NCBI GenBank assembly: GCA_051745165.1
Contig: JBNJDU010000005.1
Span: 1 to 32,296, forward strand
Direction of reading: 5' to 3'
Length of the DNA: 32,296 nt
From: Patescibacteria group bacterium
GTDB lineage: Bacteria > Patescibacteriota > Minisyncoccia > Minisyncoccales > PWPS01
Made by a program: the position numbers and the translations under genes. The notes beneath the pieces were generated by a model that saw nothing but the letters and a program-made list of their open reading frames with translations, ran no database searches and was not told the origin of the DNA. Below are positions 28,299 through 32,296 of the stretch, piece by piece; the stretch's first letter is position 1, and each line of letters starts with the position of its first letter.

Positions 28299-29363
28299 TT
28301 AACTTATATCTTTAACAAATTCTTTTAATACTTGATAGTACCTTTCTAAGTCTTCTTTGCTTATCCATTCATTTGGCCCATGATGGCCACCACCCTTGGG
28401 TTTAACGACTAAAGTTGGAATCTTTTTCGAAGCAAAGAATCGCGCATCAGAAGAACCGTGAGAAAAAGCGGTTCTTCTTTTTCTTCCATACCTATCTTTA
28501 GCAATTTGAAAAAACTTTTTAAAATATTTATTGTTTACATTCCACTTAAAGCTAGGGCCTGTGACTACTTTTTCTAGTTCAATGTAATCTTTTTTAATCG
28601 AATCAATATTTTTCATCACTTCTTCTACATTTGTTTCTGGAACAAATCTAATATCAACAAGAGCTTCGGCAAATTCGGGCACTTGATTTCCCGCTTTCCC
28701 GCTATGTATTTTAGTAAGTGTAGCTGTAGTTCTATAATTCTCATCAGTATCAGGATATAACTCTTTAAGATCATTAATAAATAAAAGCAATCTTTCGGCT
28801 GCATTTTTGCCTTGCCATGGCCTACTAGCATGAGCCGCCTTGCCTTGAGCTTTTAGTTTTAAGTGAATAACTCCTTTTGCACCTTCTTCTAATTCCCAAT
28901 TTGTTCTTCCGTCAGGTAAAAAACAAAAATCCCCGATATATCCTTTTTCTACTAAACTTCCAACTCCATTAAAACCACCCAGCTCTTCATCGCTAGTAAT
29001 CATTACTCCTAAATCAAGATTTGATAATTCATCTTTTAATTCTTTTAGAAGTTTTATATAGCAAGCAATAGCAAATTTCATGTCGTAAACTCCGCGCCCA
29101 ATATATTTTCCTTCTTTTTCTTTTAAGCTAAATAAATCTTCCGAGCCTGGCACCACATCAATATGCGCTTGCAAAAAAACTTTGGGTTTTTTGGTTTTTT
29201 TAGTCGTTAAAATTAAAGAAGAGAAATCTTCACTCTTTTCCCATTTTTTATATAACTGCAAATCAGAAAGTTCTTCTTCTACATATTCTAAAGCTTTCTT
29301 ATTCTCCTTTTTATCCTTAGAAACCGTTTTAAAGCCTATTAATTTTTCTAATATTTTTTTCAT
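28299..29363 (-). CDS. M20 family metallopeptidase/deacylase (ArgE/DapE-like)
   Basis: AHIDVVP, GRGVYDMK, DEELGG, GKAAHASRPWQGKNA, SSDARFF, HHGPNEW. Confidence 0.92.
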   Translation of the reverse strand: MKKILEKLIGFKTVSKDKKENKKALEYVEEELSDLQLYKKWEKSEDFSSLILTTKKTKKPKVFLQAHIDVVPGSEDLFSLKEKEGKYIGRGVYDMKFAIACYIKLLKELKDELSNLDLGVMITSDEELGGFNGVGSLVEKGYIGDFCFLPDGRTNWELEEGAKGVIHLKLKAQGKAAHASRPWQGKNAAERLLLFINDLKELYPDTDENYRTTATLTKIHSGKAGNQVPEFAEALVDIRFVPETNVEEVMKNIDSIKKDYIELEKVVTGPSFKWNVNNKYFKKFFQIAKDRYGRKRRTAFSHGSSDARFFASKKIPTLVVKPKGGGHHGPNEWISKEDLERYYQVLKEFVKDIS

Positions 29364-29391
29364 AATTACTTTTATTTTAATAAGTTTAAAG

Positions 29392-29421
29392 AAAAAAGAA
29401 AAGGGCCAATTTTTGGCCCTT
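29392..29421 (-). terminator. Intrinsic terminator after the ATP-grasp gene
   Basis: AAGGGCCAA/TTGGCCCTT stem followed on the minus strand by TTCTTTTTT. Confidence 0.7.
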
Positions 29422-29425
29422 ATTT

Positions 29426-30538
29426 TTATCCTTGTTCCATTATAGTTCCGGCAAAACCAGCTCCCTGACTAACATTTATCATTCCACGCTGCCAATAACT
29501 TTCATACTTTTCTACTCTGGCAATTGTATACAAATACTCTATATTACCATCTTCCACCCAAAAAGATGGATTTAAATCAAAACTATAAAATTCATCATTT
29601 ATCTTAATTTTGGGTAGCCATTTTGCCTTGCAAAGTCCGTAACTTCCTTGTTGAACCTTTTCTTTTAATACCTCTTCCCATTGTTTGTTACTAACTTTGC
29701 GGCCGAAAACAATCTCCTTTCCTCCGTGTCCACGCAGAGGTTTTAAAACATAATTATCTTTATTTAGTCCCTTAACTTTTGCTAAATCATCAACTGATTC
29801 CAAAATAAAATCATCCGCTGCTGGGTTTAAAACAAACCTTTTATTTCCAACATCTTCTTTAGACTCTCCAGGAATAGTATTAAAAACTAAAACTGAGTCA
29901 TTTTGTGCCTCTAAAAGCCACTTTTGAAAACGTTGAGGAAATTCACTAAACTTACCAAATCGAACATCACCCCAGCGATATAAAGGCGAGGGCCGATTAC
30001 GGACAATCTCATCTTTATCCATTGGAGTAACATTTAAAACCTGATTCATGTCTTCAAGATAGTCTGCGCCCCACTCTTCTTTTACCTTGCCCGAACCCCA
30101 AGCAAGATAAATTTTTTCAGTAGAAAAAGAATTCTTTATTCTTTTTGCTAATCTCTGTGTGGCTGAAGGTTGCATTTCACTTAGTTTAGGGAAGGCTTTG
30201 TGCTGAGCAGAAACTGCTGGAGCACATTCAGGAGTATGGACATTAGCTTCATAAACTCCACGAATAGAAAGCGACCCTAGATCATATTCATTTCCATTTG
30301 ATTGAGCAACCTCCCTGGTTAATCCAGGAATTAAATCAAAGCGAATATGACCAACAAAATGATCAGTCCGCACTTGATTCCAAATTCTATTCCAGGTTTG
30401 AGTGGCAAAATCAATTATTCTGTCTTTTTCTCGCTTAGAAATAGTAAAACTACCGTTTAGGACTCTAACCCTTTCACCTGCTAGAGAAAAATCATCATTT
30501 TCAGCAAAAACATTTTTACTTAAAAGAACAAGTTTCAT
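29426..30538 (-). CDS. Circularly permuted ATP-grasp amide ligase (glutathionylspermidine synthase-like / CP-ATPgrasp), paralog 1
   Basis: N-terminal RFD and YEAN..TPE, then GNK, VLKPLRGHGGKEIVFG, DLNPSF, ARV, INVSQGAG. Motif order matches circularly permuted ATP-grasps. Confidence 0.75.
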   Translation of the reverse strand: MKLVLLSKNVFAENDDFSLAGERVRVLNGSFTISKREKDRIIDFATQTWNRIWNQVRTDHFVGHIRFDLIPGLTREVAQSNGNEYDLGSLSIRGVYEANVHTPECAPAVSAQHKAFPKLSEMQPSATQRLAKRIKNSFSTEKIYLAWGSGKVKEEWGADYLEDMNQVLNVTPMDKDEIVRNRPSPLYRWGDVRFGKFSEFPQRFQKWLLEAQNDSVLVFNTIPGESKEDVGNKRFVLNPAADDFILESVDDLAKVKGLNKDNYVLKPLRGHGGKEIVFGRKVSNKQWEEVLKEKVQQGSYGLCKAKWLPKIKINDEFYSFDLNPSFWVEDGNIEYLYTIARVEKYESYWQRGMINVSQGAGFAGTIMEQG

Positions 30539-30610
30539 AATATCCCTCCTTTTTTATTTAGGGTTTTATCCCTATTTCTCTCTTCAAATAATTTAAAAAG
30601 AGAAATAGAA
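30520..30610. repeat. 91-bp direct repeat covering leader, SD and first 6 codons, copy 1
   Basis: Matches 32206-32296 with one mismatch. Confidence 0.95.
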
Positions 30611-30627
30611 ATAAAATTTATTGTAAA

Positions 30628-30747
30628 GGATTCTTCGGTCGTTTCACTTCCTCAGAATGACATACTTTTGTCATCCTGAGCGAAGCGAAGGATCTCATCT
30701 ATAACACTTTTCGAAGAGATTCTTCGGCCTACGGCCTCAGAATGACA
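30628..30747. repeat. Cluster of three alternating REP-like units (GATTCTTC...CTCAGAATGACA / TGTCATCCTGAG...GAAGGATC)
   Basis: Units at 30628-30662, 30669-30696 (inverted) and 30716-30747. Confidence 0.85.
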
Positions 30748-30763
30748 AGTAGAGCAACCTTTC

Positions 30764-30900
30764 GCGAGGGTTGTGGTGGGAAGAAGTCCGCGGAGGCGGT
30801 TTGGCATGTTCTTGATTTATCAAGAAAACCGCCGAGCGAACAAGACCCGAATCGTCGCTAGCGATTCTTGAGGTCTGGTTTTTCCCATCCACATCCGAGC
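30764..30900 (+). repeat. Structured dispersed element, copy C
   Basis: Same architecture as copies A and B with different stem sequences. Confidence 0.85.
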
Positions 30901-30932
30901 AAAAAGAAAACCTCCCGATCTCTCGGGAGGTT
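30901..30932 (-). terminator. Terminator (3:4 helix) of the Leu/Ile leader
   Basis: AACCTCCCGA-GAGA-TCGGGAGGTT followed by TTCTTTTT. Confidence 0.85.
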
Positions 30933-30954
30933 CCAAATTCTTTTTTATTTTAAA

Positions 30955-31041
30955 TTAGATTTTTGCAAACTGGAAACCTCCCGAATTTAGTTCGGTAAGA
31001 AGTAAAATAATAAGAATTAAATTTTCTCGGAAAGTTTCCAT
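30955..31041 (-). CDS. 28-aa Leu/Ile-rich leader peptide (or small hydrophobic peptide)
   Basis: METFRENLILIILLLTELNSGGFQFAKI, between a TTGACA-16-TATAAT promoter (31095-31068) and a terminator. Confidence 0.65.
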   Translation of the reverse strand: METFRENLILIILLLTELNSGGFQFAKI

Positions 31042-31111
31042 AAATATGTTCAATTTTTATTACTACTATTATATTTATAATTTTTTGTTTGTCAAGAAAA
31101 AAAGAGAGCTT

Positions 31112-32224
31112 TTAGCTCTCTTTAACTTCTTTTAACGTTCCTCCGTAGCCTCCTCCTTGAGCTACATTAATAGTTTTTCGAGAAAAGTAACTTTCCCAAG
31201 GTTCGACTCTGACTAGGCTATATAAATATGTCAGATCTTTTCCATTTGCAAAAAATGAAGGCAATAAGTCCATAGTAATAGACAAGTTGTTAACTTCTAT
31301 TTTAGGAAGTAATATTTTCTCAAAAATTCCATAATCTCCCTTTTTAGTTGCTTTTCTTAAAATTATTCTCCACTTATCTTTACTTACATCTTCTCCAAAT
31401 AAAATCCCCTTTCCGGAAGCTCCTCTCAACGGTTTTAAGACATAATTGTCCTTGTCAACGAGCATTGCTTTTTCCAACTTGTGATTGCTATTTAAGACAA
31501 TATCTTCCTCAGAAGCTAAAAGTTTTTTGTTGGCTATATCGGCATTTCTACTTTCTGGAATTGTATTTATCACTCTTGAATAATTATTTTGTGCCTTGTA
31601 GAGCCACTTCTGAAAATCATCACTATACTCATTAAATTCTCCTTTAAAATCAACATCTCCCCACCGCCACAAAGTAGAAGGGGGATTTTTTTGAGCATCT
31701 GCCCATTTATTTACTGATACATTCAAGCCATTAGCAGACAGTTCATCAAGAAAGGCACTGGCCCAACTGCTCTTAGCTAAATTAGAACCTCTAACCATCG
31801 TTAATTTGCTGTCATAAGTCTCTAATAGCTTTTTAGCTAGCTGTTTACCAGCAGAAGGAGTATAGCTACTAATTTCAGGAAACTTCCGTCTATAAAGCGC
31901 ATCACAAGCTACTCCCTCTGGGCTATGTGTGTTTACTTCGTAAATTCCTTTAATAGATATTTCTCCCAGTCTTATTTCTGATCCCTTTCGTCTCGCTTTA
32001 CCTTTGAACTTTGGAATAAAATCAAAGCGAACGTGCCCTTCAAAATAATCCATACCTGATTTCTCAAAAATATTTTTCCAAATATCTTCTGCCTTTTTTA
32101 TGACTTTCTTCTTTTCTTTCTTTGTTATTTCTAAATATCCTTGAAGAGCATTAATTTTTTGATCACCAACAGAAAAACCTTCTCTTTTCTCGAAAAGCTT
32201 ATCTTTTAAAAGAACAAGTTTCAT
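31112..32224 (-). CDS. Circularly permuted ATP-grasp amide ligase, paralog 2
   Basis: RFD, YEVNTHSPEG, ANK, VLKPLRGASGKGILFG, DLLPSF, VRV, INVAQGGG. Same length as, and colinear with, 29426-30538. Confidence 0.75.
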   Translation of the reverse strand: MKLVLLKDKLFEKREGFSVGDQKINALQGYLEITKKEKKKVIKKAEDIWKNIFEKSGMDYFEGHVRFDFIPKFKGKARRKGSEIRLGEISIKGIYEVNTHSPEGVACDALYRRKFPEISSYTPSAGKQLAKKLLETYDSKLTMVRGSNLAKSSWASAFLDELSANGLNVSVNKWADAQKNPPSTLWRWGDVDFKGEFNEYSDDFQKWLYKAQNNYSRVINTIPESRNADIANKKLLASEEDIVLNSNHKLEKAMLVDKDNYVLKPLRGASGKGILFGEDVSKDKWRIILRKATKKGDYGIFEKILLPKIEVNNLSITMDLLPSFFANGKDLTYLYSLVRVEPWESYFSRKTINVAQGGGYGGTLKEVKES

Positions 32225-32296
32225 AATATCCCTCCTTTTTTATTTAGGGTTTTATCCCTATTTCTCTCTTTAAATAATTTAAAAAGAGAAATAGAA
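32206..32296. repeat. 91-bp direct repeat, copy 2 (runs to the window edge)
   Basis: Matches 30520-30610 with one mismatch. Confidence 0.95.

Noticed and set aside
4876-31635. Remaining short ORFs nested in or antisense to LOG, folD, kinase, glmU, OFOR, glmS, leuS, pyk, M20, the orphan ORF and the ATP-grasp genes
   Set aside because: They overlap well-supported genes and show no motifs or initiation signals.
30520-32296. Integron attC cassette array
   Set aside because: The shared hairpin lacks RYYYAAC/GTTRRRY cores, the repeat includes coding codons, and no integrase is seen.

Overview
Low-GC bacterial chromosomal segment using the standard code (TGA is a stop). The gene content and the mostly SD-less starts suggest a Patescibacteria/Parcubacteria-like organism (inference). 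Most genes are on the minus strand: a copper module (membrane protein-csoR-copA, truncated at the left edge), a probable compact 6S RNA, an extended adenylate kinase, LOG, a ComEC beta-lactamase domain, a DUF5679-like zinc ribbon missed by the ORF track, and a tRNA-thiolation/Fe-S operon (iscR-iscS-iscU-mnmA-DUF1858-thiI). These are followed by tRNA-Leu(CAA) on +, a glmS-OFOR alpha/beta-yvcK-glmU-GlcNAc kinase-glyA-folD-PAP2 cluster, leuS, tatD, pyk (+), an M20 peptidase and two tandem circularly permuted ATP-grasp ligases. The most unusual signals are non-coding. (i) Three diverged copies, plus one 5' fragment, of a ~140-nt multi-stem element with extensive compensatory base changes. (ii) Two leader-peptide attenuators with full 1:2/2:3/3:4 pairing, one encoding LILIILLL upstream of an ATP-grasp gene and one upstream of an orphan gene. 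(iii) A 91-bp near-identical leader shared by the two diverged ATP-grasp paralogs. (iv) Several families of small palindromic/REP-like repeats that cluster with element (i).
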